From the human T2T-CHM13v2.0 reference genome, Homo sapiens, in NCBI RefSeq assembly GCF_009914755.1, contig NC_060933.1: DNA of 64,000 nucleotides. One strand, written 5' to 3'. The translations under genes were made by a program, and so were the position numbers. This document shows, piece after piece, positions 13,555 to 28,354 of the stretch. Positions within the stretch are counted from its first letter, which is position 1, and every line of letters begins with the position of its first letter. The notes under the pieces were generated by a model that was not told the origin of the DNA, did no database searches, and saw nothing but the letters and a program-made list of their open reading frames with translations.

Positions 13555-14720
13555 TTAAAATATTTTATTATGAAAATTTTCAAACATAGAGGAAAAGTTG
13601 AAAGAACTCTACAGTGAACATCCATACACCAACCACGTGGATTTTTGCAATTAACATTTTGCCATATTTGCTTTTATCATGTATCTGTCCATCTATTTGT
13701 CCTTCTATCCATCCATCAATCCATCTTATTTTCTAACGCATTTCAAAGTAACTTGCAATACCAGAATATTTCTCTCCAAATGCCTTGACATGCATATCAT
13801 TAACTAGAGTTTAACATTTGTTTATAGTTCCTTTTTAAGGCAAAATATACATTCAGTGAAAAGCAAAAATATGAAATGCAATAGTTGATGAGTCTGACAA
13901 ATGCATATCTGTATGACCCAACCTCTATCAAGTTATAGAACATTACTATCATCCCAGAAAGTTCCTTTGTGTTCCTTCCCAGCTGATCCCAGCCCACACT
14001 ACCACACAGACAACCACCGTTCTGATTATTTTCACCATAGATTAGCTTTGCTTGTTCTAGAACTTCATATAAGTAGAATCATAAAATGTTTACTCTTTTG
14101 TACACTTTTTTCACCCACTATAGCTTTTGAGTTTGGGGTTTGTTTTTGTGTTTTTTTTTTTCATGTTGTTGCATGTTTGAGTGATTTGTTATTTTTGTTG
14201 CTAGGTAGTATTTGTTATTTGAATATCCCATACTTGTTTTATTCATGCTCTGATAGATGGACATCTGGGCTGTTTCCAGTATTTATTTATTATGAATAAA
14301 GCTGTTATGAACATTTTGCACAAGTGTTTTTTCTGTGGACATATTTTTCATTTATCTTGGGTAAATACGTAGGAGTGGAATTTCTGGATCATAAATAAGT
14401 CGTATGCCTAACTATGTAAGAACTTTCCGACCATTTTCCAGAGTGGCTAAATCATTTTACACATGCACCAACAATGACTAAGTGTGCTGGTTGCTCCACA
14501 TCCTATCCAACATTAGGTAATACCAGACTTTTAAATTTTACCCATTCTATCGGATATTAAATGTTAGCCCATGTGGTTTTAACTTGCATTCCTGTGATGA
14601 CTGATGAGGTTGAGCACATTTTCATGTCCTTATTATTGGCCATTCATATATCTTCCTTTGTGAAATGTCTGTTCAAATCTTTTACTCATATTTTAGGTGT
14701 TTTTCCTTTTTATTATCATA
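13555..14720 (-). mobile_element. L1MC/L1ME 3' fragments
   Basis: Antisense L1M 3' UTR and ORF2 end (ggacatctgggctgtttccag, ttgcattcctgtgatgactgatgaggttgagca). Confidence 0.85.
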
Positions 14721-15424
14721 ATATCTTTTATAAGATCTAAGTGAAAGAATGCTTTCAAGTCCATAATGCAAAATACATGAACTGGGCTGCCCCAGGTCAC
14801 ATTTTGTCTTTATATTAGTACCTATATTAATAAAAATTTTAATTTCTCATTAAAGAAATTCATACCCAATTTTTCACTGAACTCTTTTTTAAGACAAATA
14901 TATTTAAGCCTCCTCCTTGTGATGAACCTGTATATACAGTGGGTATATATAGATATTGAACTCCTAGGCAAATGTTAAACTCCCTGGTCTATGTACACAT
15001 TTCTATAAGAATATATATCTATATATTTCTACATGTATAGATAGATATATCACTTCCTCCCATCCTACATCTGTGATTATAATATTCTGATGATCTATTG
15101 TGTTTTCTAGGATCTCTGAAGTTCAGAGTTAAAATTCCATATCTTTCCATTTTTTTACAGACAAGATCCTGATCTCATCTTCTAAAGAACAAGTCTTGAC
15201 TGACCTTATATGTGAATTAGTTCTCCTGACTAATCTTCTAGGTATTTGTAAACCACCTCGCTTGTTCCACCTGACTTCCTAATGAAATTGCTCACTTTGG
15301 ATACTTGGTATATAGCTCAGCAAAAGTGTTGTCAATGCAAACCCTTAATATTATAAGGACATGAATAAAATAATATTAATAATATGCACAGAAGAGGTTA
15401 TACAGAAGAAGAGATGAGTAAAGT

Positions 15425-15930
15425 AGAATGGTTGGGATTCTTTAAGTTGCAAGGTAACAGAAACCCAGATGGAATTAGATTAGTCAAAAAGGGAAATGTA
15501 TTAGTTTGAGTGCTATAAGAAGGGCAAGGCTACAACTGGACCTCAAGACAGAGACTTGAATATAAGCAACTTCACAACCAGAAACCTGAATTCCACCAGA
15601 ACTTCCCTGTCTCATCATTGCTTTTCTCTGCAAGTTTATTTTATTCTTTTAAATTAGGTGCAAGCAGATGATGAAGAAAATGGCTGCCTAGAGCTACCAT
15701 TACCTCCAAAGAAGAACAGATCATTCTTTCACTGGTTCCTAGTTCAAAAATCCAAATGATGAGTTCTGACTACCTTTTAGCCATCAACTGGAACCAGGTG
15801 TAATGTCTGTGGAAACATGGCAGCTCACATTCAAACCAACTGACAGGAGTGCTAGAAGGAGCATTTCCCAGAAGGAGTGGAAGAAGAGTGAAACCCGTGA
15901 AGCAGACAACATAATGGAGATTCGCTACAG
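15425..15930 (-). mobile_element. MLT1J/K-type MaLR LTR
   Basis: ggattcttt..gttgcaag.taacagaaaccca start; gcagacaa..ctaca end. Confidence 0.65.
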
Positions 15931-16659
15931 ATAGTATAACCAGAGCCCCAAAATGATTCAGGCAGATGAAGGAGAATGAAGCTACAAAGATAGAGAAGGA
16001 TTGAGGGAAAAGCTTAATGTGGGAGGATAAGAGCAAAAGCCTATTTCTGTGGAGACAGAACTCTCTCTGTCGCCTTCTTTAGATAAGATATTTTAATAAA
16101 CATGTAATAATAGTCCTAAAATGTCCTATCTCCTCACTCCCCACACCTAACAGAAATACTCAGTGTAACACAGGGAAAATCCTAACCCCCCTTCATTCAG
16201 CCATCTCCAGTCCATTTTTCTGCCGTTTCTCCTCAACTAATATGCCAAAATACCACATAAGATTTTATGTAGCCCAACAAGCCCAACCTTCCACTTTCTG
16301 ACATAATTATAAGTAAACAAACAAAAACAAAGGAAGCCAGTCACAACTTTAAGACACATTATTTGCTTAAAACAAAGATAACCACCTTTGAGGTGGATTG
16401 AATTTGTTTTTCAACAACACCGATGTATCCTAAATGATTTGGAGAAAAAAATGCAGAAATAGTTGAACCAAACAGAAATTATAATTAGGCTGACAGTTGG
16501 CTAAAACAATAACCCCACTCTAAGTGACTAGGTTAATTTTTTAACCAAAATAAATATATTTATGTGCTGAATCCAATAATGATTTAATATTTGATTTTTT
16601 AACGCGGTATTTCTACTGTGTGGTACATCCTCAGTAGATGCTTGTCAAATAAGTGATGC

Positions 16660-17570
16660 AGGGTCCATGGAAACAGAAAGAAAGAAAAACATACCTCTTC
16701 CTTTAGGAAGGAGGTCAAGAAAAGCTTCGTGAGTTCATTAAAGGAACAAGGTGGGTAAAGAAATTGTAGATAACTAAAGACCATGTGCAAAAACATTGGC
16801 CTGAACAAGCCAGGAAATGCCAATTAGCTCACTATAATAAGAATAGAGAGGACAAATGGGACAGAGTGGTGAGAGATGCAGTAAGAAAAATCAGCAGAGG
16901 TCAAATCATAAAAGGTTTTATAAGTCATGTTAACAAATTAATTCTTCATTCTAAAAATGATGAGGAGCCTCTAAAGATGTTTAAGCTGAGAGCAGGTGAG
17001 AGAGAGGAAAAAATAATATTTGCCAGTTTTCACATTTTATAAAAATCATGTCAGATGTTGAATTTTGATTTTGAGTCATGAGAAAACAAATGGAAGAGTT
17101 CTAAGCCAGAAGTTCAGGAGAGTAATTATAGGTGAGTATTATATTAATTTATGAGTTAAATGATGAAAGGCCTAAATTGAGAGATTATAAAGTATTTTGT
17201 CAGAATAAATGATAGCATTTGAATCTTGGAAATAAGGGAGATGAAGAGACTAGAAGTTCCCGGCTTCTATTCTGGGAACTAGACTATGTTGGTGCCACTA
17301 TCCAAGATCAAGAACAGGGAAGGAGAAAGTTTATAAGGGGACAGCAATTAGCTCAATTTAGGACATAGTATGTTCCCTGGGATACATCCAGGTGAGCCAT
17401 GGGCCCAGGAGGCAGTTGGAATTGTGTGTCTATCATTTGAGAGAAAGAACTGAGTTAGAGAAAAAGATTTGGAACTACAAGCAGAAAGGTGGTAATTGAA
17501 GCTATGAATTTTCATGAGACAATCTAGGGGAGCATAAGAAATAAAAAAGAAGAGGCCTTAGGACAGAAGC
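16660..17570 (+). mobile_element. L2
   Basis: Typical purine-rich L2 3' region. Confidence 0.7.
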
Positions 17571-18614
17571 CTGATTATGTTCAATTTATTTTTTCTTTAG
17601 CCTGTTTCTCAATAAGGTACCTATTTATAAAAATTAAAGATATAAAAAATGCACTTCAACTGAAAAATTAGCATAGGACATAAAGGGATAATTTGTTACA
17701 TGAAAAATACAATGCAGTACCCACATAGAAGATGTGGTTAATTCACTTGGAAGGGGGTAATTACATTCAACAACACAACTCCCTCAAAGGATCTTGAGTG
17801 AAAACCCTCTACTTTCAGGTCAAGTGGGTAGTGGATATGCGAAGACACAGACGGCATCTTTCACACGCATTCTCCCTGAAGGCCAAGTGCTAACCACAGA
17901 ACTTTTTGTACTGATGCCTAGATAGCTACAGAGTGTCCTGAAGGCCATTCTGAATGGCCTATGGGCCATTTGCCCAGGTCATGAAAGGCATCCATGATGT
18001 GAGAGATGCACTAAGTTAAAGGTAAGTAACAGGGCTGCAAACGACAGTTGCCATGGGATGAAATGCCATGAGAAAGCAGCAAGTTGGGGAATGAGTTTCT
18101 TACGACCCAGTAAGAAAAGTGGATCTCAAAATTTTCTGTAGCCCACTAACAATGACTTGAATGATAGGAGGAATTATATTGTTGAAACATGGGCATGGAC
18201 ATGAAGCTAACCACCTTTTACTAGCATGATATACTTCTCTGATATGGCAAATCTCTGAAGGGAAAAATGAGTCCTCCCCCTTGTGTTCTCAAACAAACAT
18301 TTTTCAGAGTTGGTCTAGATACACTGCAGGAGGCTTATAAAGCCCATCCAAAGCAGGGATCTATGTGACAGTAAGTCAGATAAGTAGATCATGTTACCCA
18401 AGAAGACCGTAATGATTCAGCATTCATCCAAGATGTAATTCACTGGATATCGGAAGATGGCCATGGAGTTTATATGCCAAATGGTCTTACCATGTATCAG
18501 GACTCATCAAAATACACCTGCAAGGATGGCATCTACATGCCACCTTTCTAGGAACAATGATAAAACTGTCCTGGCTGTCAAATTTCATAAAGACTTACTC
18601 CCCATGTTCAAGAA

Positions 18615-18854
18615 AATAGTGATAATGATGATAAGTGCTACCATTTATTGAGTACCTATAATGTGCCAAACCCTATGCTGAGAACTGTGCACATATTAGT
18701 TAATTTAATTCTCACAACAGCCCTGTGGTAGATAAACAAGACTTATAGCAACTTCTACAAGGTCACATAGTTAGAAAGTAGTAGAGTCAGAAATCAGAGC
18801 CTGATCCTCCTGGCTCCAATATCTGTGTTATTCACTTTATATTATATATTGCCT
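18615..18854 (-). mobile_element. MIR inserted in the gypsy RT relic
   Basis: gctaccatttattgagtacc..ctcacaacagccctgtg..aaggtcacatagttag. Confidence 0.8.
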
Positions 18855-19032
18855 GTTCTACTGAGAGCCAGTAAGTGTTGTATATGATGAGCATGCTGAA
18901 GTAACAGTTGTCTTGCCAGAAATGGTGAACACCACTCCACCATTCTTTTTATTACAAAAGAGAACCAAGATAGCCCCGCAGGAGATGATAAATCTTCCAC
19001 CATAAGTGTTGTCATACTTGAGAAGGACTTCA

Positions 19033-19425
<393 letters not shown>

Positions 19426-20393
19426 CTATCACATCCCATCCCAGTGATGGGCACAGAAAGTGGAGGCCAAGTCTTTCAAATTCCCACATGAGAATTCTCA
19501 CCTGTTTGCGGTAGAGTTGTTCAGAATTCCTGTTGGAGAGGAGGCAAATGGAATGGCACATAGCCGGGAACAAGCAAATGTTGGTGGCAGAAATGTGAAG
19601 TGACTTAAAACATATCTGGGGTATACTTAGGGGGAAGTTAAAGTAGCTTGAACATCCAGTGAAAAGTAGACACAAGCATTCTTGACTAACTCTTTAGATA
19701 CAGGTTAAGGAGGACCTTCTCTTCAGAATGTGGCCTCACAAATAAGGACACCCATGAACAATGTCTGAGCTTTTGAGTCAGATAGAGAGCCTGGCCTGCT
19801 AAAACAAGGCTTCATCCACAGAGCTGCCCAATACTTCATCATGGAAGCTAGAATCCTTGGCTAGGAATACCTCTGAAAAGCAGAACACCCATTCTTAAAC
19901 TGGGACTTAAAAGATAGTAAGAGTGGGAGACCCACTGTCCCCTGTGGAATTCTAAGTCTGGACTGCCAGCAGCAGTGGATATACATACATTTATACTTAC
20001 ATACACATATGTGTGCCCACATACACACACCAATAGAGATGGGTATACCACTAGTATTGTCTCCACCCTGAGGACAAAGTCTACCAATTCAGAAAAGTGT
20101 TAAAGATTTCAGTACCAGTTCAGTGTGAAGAACTCTCCTGAGGCTTCCTTGGAATTCAGCCCCAAAAAAACTTGAGTTCTTCCATTTTACCTCCAGGGTA
20201 AGAGGCCAGGACAATCACTGACCCCCACCTCATGCTGAAGCCTAAGCCTATGGATATCACTGATGGCATTCCCATCTGCTGTCACAGTGGGATAAAGAAT
20301 ACCAACAATTACAATGTGCTTGGCAATATGCAAGGGTAATAATAATATTCCCCCTAATACTGTGGCCATTGTCTATTCTATGACTACTAAAAC

Positions 20394-21198
20394 TTTTTTT
20401 CTTCCAACTTTTAGTTTAGGTTCAACAGGTACATGTGCAGTTTGTTACATGGGTAAATTGTGTGTCACTGGGGTTTGGTGTACAAATGATTTCATCACCT
20501 AGGTAGTAAGCATAGTACCTGATAGGTAGTTTTTTTTATCCTCATCCTTCTCCCACCCTCCACTTTCAAGTAAGCCCCAGTGTCTTTTGTTCCCCTCTTT
20601 GTGTCCATGTGTACTCCGTGTTTAGCTCCCACTTATAAGTGAGAACATGCTGTATTTGGTTTTCTGTTCCTGCATTAATTTGTTTAGGATAATGGCCTCC
20701 AGCTGCATCCCTGTTGCTGCAAAGGACATGATTTCATTCATTTTTATGGCTGCATAGTATTCCATGGTGTATATGTACCATATTTTCTTTATCCAGCCCA
20801 CTGTTGATGGGCATCTAGGTTGATTCCATGTCTTTGCTATTGTGAATAGTGTTGTGATGAACATATGAGTGCATGATTCCTTTGGTTGTATATCCAGTAA
20901 CAGGATTGCTGGATCAAATGGTAGTTCTGTTTCAAGTTCTTTGAAAAAACTCCAAACTGCTTTCCACAATGGCTGAACTAATTTACATTCCCACCAGCAG
21001 TAAGTGTTCCCTTTTCTCTACAACCTCACCAACATCTGTTATTTTTTGACATTTTAATAATAGCCATTCTGACTGGTGTGAAATGGTATCTCATTGTGGT
21101 TTTGATTTGCATTTCTCTAATTATTAGTGATGTTGAGCATTTTCTCATATGCTTGTTGGCCACATATATGTCTTCTTTTGAGAAGTGTCTATTCATTG
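20394..21198 (-). mobile_element. L1PA15/16-type 3' fragment
   Basis: ORFs 20622..20969 and 21026..21229 match the L1 ORF2 C-terminus; TSD actactaaaa (~20383 / ~21201). Confidence 0.92.
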
Positions 21199-22079
21199 TA
21201 ACTACTAAAATTGTACATGGAAATGACACAGAAGAGTTATGATTATATCATTTGTTCCCTAATGGTCACTCTTGAGATTCAATATGAAGTTATTATTTGA
21301 TCTTGTCCACAAGGAAATAAGAATATTATTTCACTCCTACCACCTATGAGGAAATTCAGCCTTTCTTGGACCTCTGCTGAAAAAATGAGTCCTCAGAAAG
21401 TCAAAGCCTCATCTGTAAGATGATTTATAGAAATTTAAGGAACAGAGTCTTGAGATCTGGGAATAAACTGAATACTTTTGAAAACAGTTTAAATAATATT
21501 CTCATTCCATTACCAGAAATGATTGATTACTTCTGAATATGTAATAATTTTCCAGATTATCTTCCACAACTGTAACTTTTACCCTGGAAACTGGACTCTT
21601 ATTATAGAATGGCACTGTGACAACTGAGTTTTCTTTAGACAGTAAGTGAATTGACAGTTACTTTGTATCAACCAGACATTTAAATATTTATGTGCAAAAT
21701 CATAATTATGTAAACATTTGACAAAATATTCTAACCCAGAATACACACTGAAGAGAATATTCCTGAATCATTTCTTCTGACTTACTGACCAACTATCACA
21801 TTTGTTTAATATATATAGGCTCTGATCTTTTGATTGGGTCAATTTCATATTTTCCAGGTTTAGTCAGATTTCAAATTTGAATCAATTCCTTAAATTAACT
21901 TTATAATCAATTGTCACATCTCTTTTCATTCAGAAAGAAGGAGGGCAGAAGTTAGAACTCCAACAAACTCACAGTAAGTTGCTTACCCACTCTGGAATTA
22001 AATTCTTCATTTGTAAAATCGTGTAGGTGGGGGAGGGAGGAATTCTGTAAAATTCTATGAGTACTGCTAGCATTTGAAA

Positions 22080-23690
22080 TCATTTTCATTTTCTTGATTC
22101 TTCTCTCAACTTTTCATCCCTATTTGTCTCTTGATTACCACTCAAAAATCCTCTCATTTACCTTATTAATTCCCTTTTCCATTCTCTTCAGTGGCCTTTC
22201 AAAACTTTCTCTTCCTCTAGGTTCCTAAAATCCCCAATCACAAGACTCCACTTCTAGTTAGCTACTTTTCTGAGAAAACTGGAGCCATTTGAAGTGTTTT
22301 TCTTTGTACTTCCTTTCTCTTCCCCTCTGAATTCCTTCACACTGTATATTGTATTTTGCCTTTCAATCTTTGGCTCCAGGATGAAATGAATGTCTCTCCT
22401 TCTGGCAAGGTCATGTCCTTCACCTTTACTCTTGATCATGAACCCTCCCAAATCCTTACTTCCTTGCTCCTTCCATTCTTTTTCTTGAATCTTTGATTCC
22501 TCCAGACCAGTGATCTCTTCTTCTGCCTCCTCATGTAGATGAAGTCTTTAAAAATAAACAAACAAACCAAACCTTCTCTGGACTCTGCCCCCTCCCACAA
22601 GTTTCCTCCTCTTATCATCCCTTCAAAACCCAAACTATTAGAAGAGTGGTCTACCTTTGCTTTCTACATTTCTTCACTTGCTCTTACTCACAAATTCCCT
22701 CTAGGATCACAAATGACCTCCTACACACCAGACCAACTTCATTCTCTCAAGCTTCCTATGACATTTAAAACTATTGATGGCCTTATGCCTCCTGAAACCC
22801 TCCATTCCTATGGTTTTTCTTTTGACCCTGTACTATCCTGCTTCTCCTGTGAATGTCCTGGCCATGCCTCCTCTGATTATTCTTGACTCTCCTGCCCTGT
22901 GACACAAGCTCTTCACTATGGTTTTAGCCTTAGTCCTCCTCTCTGCATCCCCTCTGTCTATCCATTCATAATCCACTTCTTTGGGACTCTGTTGACACCT
23001 GAATCTCCTGTCCAAAAGTTCTCTCCCAAGCTCCACGCGTACATCTCTACCTGAAAGATAACTTCACCCATAACACTAGAGTTTCCTCAAAGGCACAAAC
23101 CTTATTTTACTCATTTTTGTACTTCAACCTCTCACCTCCGCCATCCAGAGCCTAAAACAAGGTTTAGGAACTCAATAAACATTATTTAAGCAGAACAAAA
23201 CAGTACTTCCCTACCAGCACATGAAACTCAACCAACATGAAATTAACAGCGGTCTGGTCCTTCTGACTTTCCTATTTCTCTTAATAGGACTTTCCTATTT
23301 CTCTTACCAACTTCTAATCCCCAGAATTTAAAATCTGAGCTTCAACTTTGACTTGTTCTTTTCCCAGTCCCTTGTATCTAATAAATTATCATATGTTGTT
23401 GATCCTGCCTTTGTTATATGTTTTACATCTATCCACTCATTTACCTTCCTTCTATCATATCCTCAAAGCTTTAATTACCTCCCACATATTTTCTTGTAAT
23501 AGCTTCCAGAATCAGTTCCTCCGTCTCTCCTACATACTACTACCAGATTAATCTTCATGTAATATACTTCTCATATATTACTCCACACCTCAAAAATTCT
23601 TAATATTTATCCCTTGCCTAGCAATTACAAATGTCTTTCCTTAGCATCCAAAGTTCTTCATAATATGGCCCCCAAAATGCCTACATGCTT
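22080..23690 (-). mobile_element. L2 fragments
   Basis: Pyrimidine-rich antisense L2 ORF2/3' sequence. Confidence 0.65.
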
Positions 23691-23728
23691 GGAAGGACTA
23701 GAGATCTACTCAAGTTACCTCAAAAAAA

Positions 23729-24154
23729 AATTTTTTTTTTTTTGAGATGGAGTCTTGCTCTGATGCCCAGGCTAGAGTACAGCAGCACAATTTTGGCTCA
23801 CAGCAACCTCTGCCTCCTGGATTAAGCGATTCTCTTGCCTCAGCCTCCTGAGTAGCCGGGACTACAGGCGTGCACCACCACGCCTGGCTAAGTTTTGTAT
23901 TTTTAGTGGAGATGGGGTTTCGTCATGTTGGCCAGGCTGGTCTTGAACTCCTGACCTCAGGTGATCTACCTGCCTCAGACTCCCAAAGTGCTGGGATTAC
24001 AGGCATGAACCACACCATGCCTGGAATTTTCTTTTTTAAGAGACATAGTCTTGCCATGTTGCCCAGGCTAGTCTTGGACTCTTGTACTCAAGTGATCCTC
24101 CTGCCTCAGCCTCCCCAGTAGCTGGAACTACAGGCATGCACCACCACACCCAGG
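23729..24154 (-). mobile_element. AluS plus adjacent Alu monomer
   Basis: Antisense Alu 23729-24024 and a partial Alu 24028-24154. Confidence 0.92.
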
Positions 24155-24164
24155 TAAGAAAATG

Positions 24165-24672
24165 TTTTAAAGCACACTCATTGTTCAATTGATAACTGTC
24201 AGAAAACAAGAAAGCTCTAAAACTCAACCACTCTCTCTTTCTATCCGTGTTGCTGCTTCTCCTTTCAGTTTCCCTTCTATTACTCTGCTTCCTCTGTTTA
24301 TGCAGTTTCCATTCTCTGATAGTTTCGGCTAACACAGCACAATGTGGTCACTCCCAATACCTTTTAAACCTTGATAACTCTCAACACTTCCTTGTAGTTT
24401 CTGCCCCCACTAATTGGTTCAGTCTCTTAATTTACCAATTCCAAATGGCCCGTCTTTTCATGCTAGACCATAGAAATGTCACAGAACAGCCTATGGATGA
24501 TGGGTACTTGGATCAGAAGCCCGCTCTATTCCAATCAGCTGTGATCCAATCACATGGGGAATGGGCAGGATAACAGGTTTAGAGAATAGACTCATTGGAA
24601 GCAGGGCCCTGAGCAGAAGAGATTCTTTGAGAAGGAGGTGGGGAAGAGCAAGCAATGTTCAACACCTCCAGG
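24165..24672. mobile_element. Old MaLR/ERVL LTR (MLT1L/LTR33-like)
   Basis: ccaatcagctgtg..aatcacatgg motif and LTR-like composition. Confidence 0.45.
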
Positions 24673-25259
24673 GCATTACATTTTCCTGCCTACCTATTCT
24701 CCTACAAGCACACCACACTCCTTTCAAAGTGGAATTGCTATCTCCCAAACCCATTCCACAATTCATTATCCCATGCCTTTGCTCACACTGTTCTCTCTGC
24801 TTTGAATAATCTCTAACCCTGTCTTATCATCTCAAAATGTACTAGCCAAAGGATGTGAGTGGATATAGAAGTAATTCAGAGAACAGTCAATGTACAACAA
24901 GAAAAGAAAGCTATAAAAAATTAATTGAGCACAAAGAAACAAAACTAAAAATAATGTGGGATATTGCCAATTAAATTAGCAAAAATAAATTTAGAATGAT
25001 TAATGTACATTACGAGAGTTTTATTTCTTCCTATAAAATATAGCTAAGGGTAAATGCATTTAACTCATGTCAAAATTCCACAAAAATGTCCGAATATAAA
25101 TAAAAAGAAGATGACCACATCTAATATCAAGAACCTTGAAAATAATAGCACCATATCAAGTAGTATTGAGAATACAGTATGGCTGATGATATTGCAAAAT
25201 AGTAGAACACTTTTAGAAAGCAATTTACCAACATAATTCATTTTGGAAAGTACAGAAAA

Positions 25260-26025
25260 AATTAAACAGGAAAACAAAATTCCTTTCCAATTTGATCATC
25301 TAGAGAAAATCACTTTTAACATTTTGGTACACAGCATTCCATAGTCTCATATTATATATATTTTTTATTCTTTTTCTTTTTTTAAATAAAATTTGCATCA
25401 AACTAGGTATACTGTTAATTCTGAGTATCATGAACCTTTGCCTATGTCATTAACAGTCTTAAAAAAACGTTGTTTTTAATGGTTGCGTCGTAATTTATTA
25501 CATGAATAGGTGAAGACAGATTTTTAACAAAAAACTCCTAATGCTAGACTTCAGATTTTGTCTTCTTTTTCATTATTACTGAAATACTGTAATGACCATC
25601 CCTGTATGTAAATCTTTTATGCACACCTCTGATTATTCTCTTAAAATAAATTCTCAGAGTACAAATATTTAAAAGAATTTTTAAAAAGTACTTCTAAATG
25701 TCAATTTAACCAAAACTGTGACCTGACAGTAGAATAAGAAGGGCAGGAAGGAGGAATAGATAGTCTAAGAAAACTAAAGCCCCACTATCCATAGTGGAAA
25801 GTCATTGGTGCATAAAATGAAGGAGTTTTAAAGTTAATATAAGTCTGTTGTTTAGAAATAAGGAGGTGAAAAACTTAATAAAGTGGAACAGTGAACAGGA
25901 ATCAGGTGTGGGAAAATATGCCACAGGACACTGCTGTATTCATCATAAGTCTTATTTGTTTTGACTTTTTAAACTATGCATTTATGTTGGTTTGATAAAG
26001 ATACAAATCAAATTAAAAATAAAAA
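25260..26025. mobile_element. Old L1M 3' fragments in both orientations
   Basis: L1ME/MC-like 3' UTR sequence. Confidence 0.55.
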
Positions 26026-26399
26026 CCAGCAGTACCATTCAGATGTGAAATATAGCAGATATACAAGTTAGTTTAAGTGTCCACAATTCTCATAATTACA
26101 GAGGAATATATATAAATACATATATATATGCTACAAAGACCTTAAATTGATAATTTTGTGAATTTTTACAAAGAATCCTCTGTAAACCAAGCATGTGCTG
26201 TGACAGATACAAATAAATACTCTATTTTTTATGCTTTCCAGAGATAAAACAATTATTATCAACAGTAGAAATAATCTCTCCACATGGCTCAGCTAAGTAA
26301 TATTTAAAAATTACCTATGCAGAAAACCATCAAGTTTCCTCTTAAAAATTTATAAAAATAGAGGCAAGTTAACATACCAGCTATTCAAGGTAAAGTTTA

Positions 26400-27960
26400 A
26401 GAAAGTAGTGAATTTTTCTTTAGAAAAACTCTTTCATTTTTTCGCCTACTAGAGAACATGCTATAGGCAGTCCTCACCAAAATAAAAAATTGGAAAAATA
26501 ACAGGAAAACTAGCATAGTGGGAATAAATGAAGATTTAGAGACCTTAATTCCCAGGAAACTTTGTCATAGATCTTGCCATTTGTACTTGATAAATGTTTA
26601 TTTCTTCTTAGTTCACTTTATTCCTGTCCCAGGAAAAGAGAAGTTCTATCACACCTCAGAATATTAGTACCTGCAGAAAAAAATCCTCATAGTGGCCCCA
26701 GACCCAAATTATTCCCCACAACGTGGAGGGCACCTGTATAGTAAATAATAAATCAGGTGAGTCTCCACTACCCAAAATTGTTGTTTTTGTCTCCTTCACC
26801 AAGTAGTACACAAAATGGAGCTTTTAGAGCCAGACTCCTGTCTCTTGTTCCTTCCTCATAGTCTTTTTCTGTCCTTTTCCTCCTCACCACTCCACATTTT
26901 TCCCTTAATATTTTCCACTTCTTTCTTTCCCCAAACCTCATTTCTGGGTTTTCCCTCTTTCTCTCCTACGACCTCACCCCCACTCCATCCACATCAAAGA
27001 ACTGAGGTGAGGAAGGAGAACGTTTCTTGCTCTTCCTCTATTTCCCTACATGAAAAATAACTGTAAATTTTACCTCTGGGTAATAGAAGTCTGCAATGAA
27101 GGCATCTAACAAAAAACCAGCTGACCTTGTAAGTATATCTCAGACTAAACTATGTGTAAGTTTATTGGAACTTCATGAACACTTTTATTTTTGCCTTTGA
27201 GTAACTACCATTTGGGTACATTTATTTTTATTTTCAATGGTAAACTAAATGTATAATTGTGTTTTCTATTTCTACATTTATTATACCCCCTTTAAAATGT
27301 TTTGTCTAATGACTATTATGCTACTTTAGCATCCACTCACATAATGCTTCCTTCGCCAGCCTTTACCAAAATCTCTCTCTCTCTACCAAATAATGGGTAT
27401 TTGGAAGAGAAAGGTGAATGTTCCTTATTCTCATCCAGGTCTCTGTACTGACCAACATGGGTCTCCGTGCCAAGAAGTAAACAACATTATGTTCAGTCCT
27501 TGGGAGCAGCTACATCCAAATATTATATGGAGAAAAGTTCAAGTTCTCGTATAACATGAAACTTTGAACTCTGAAAAATGTGATTTAGAATCCCAACAAA
27601 TCTGACTTTTGGAATGAACATTCCATCTTCCAGTCATAATGGAGATATTACAAGAAGAACCTGGAAGAGGAGGATAAGATTATTCTATTTGACGAATACC
27701 TCAACTAAGAAATGGGAGAGGATGCCAGAAATAGTTGGCTAAAAAGTAATATGGCAAGTATTTAGATTGTACAAGCAAGCCTTTACAGAAAATCTAAATT
27801 TCGAAAAATTATATTCAAAATTATGCTTGAAGTATAATAAATCCCAAAATATCACCTTAAAACAGTCATATAAATTAGGATGGCGCCCACGGGTCTAGGA
27901 CTAAGGCAGAACCCATAGCCAATATTTGTCGGTGAAGAGACAAACTGCTGAATAGAGTTA
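26400..27960 (+). mobile_element. Possible ancient L1/Tx1-like ORF2 relic (post-RT and C-terminal region)
   Basis: Plus strand: KIKNWKNNRKTSIVG..LIP, SPQRGGHL, FSPWEQL, TKKWER..IWQ, FRKIIFKIML..IP..GWR. Confidence 0.35.
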
Positions 27961-28171
27961 GTACATAAATTTAGGATTACAAAGTTCTACCTTCTACCAG
28001 AACAACTAGGTCAAACTGTTCCCACTAACAGATTTTCCATTCCTCTTTTGCAGTATCATGGGCTAACCAATTCATAATCGATTTTTTAAAACTTTAACAG
28101 GCCCACTATATGTTAATCATTGGGTTAGGGAACTTATGAACAAAATATCAAAATTCTAAGTAAAGACAAAA

Positions 28172-28354
28172 TTAGTATTGCCTTAGGCTCCAATATGGCT
28201 TGGCAAGGTACTATTACTGATTCTATCTTTATTTAAAATGTCAACATTTTGTTTATCGTACATCTTTGCATTGATTTTTTAAATATTGCATTAAAATGTT
28301 ATTTAACCTTGATTACTGAGTTTTTCCGTTTCCCTTTAAATTTTACACTCTAGG
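28172..28354. mobile_element. hAT DNA transposon fragment, split by the MLT2
   Basis: ttgcctt.ggctccaatatggct..ttgattactgagtttt..ttaaatttt; appears to resume at ~28865. Confidence 0.5.

Noticed and set aside
14900-15320. QVEQ..YKYL-like LINE thumb motif on the minus strand
   Set aside because: A single short motif that needs a frameshift; not enough to call
26671-26733. Minus-strand peptide VPSTLWGIIWVWGHYEDF, faintly like a class B GPCR TM4 exon
   Set aside because: Short match, weak donor, and no other receptor exons found in the window
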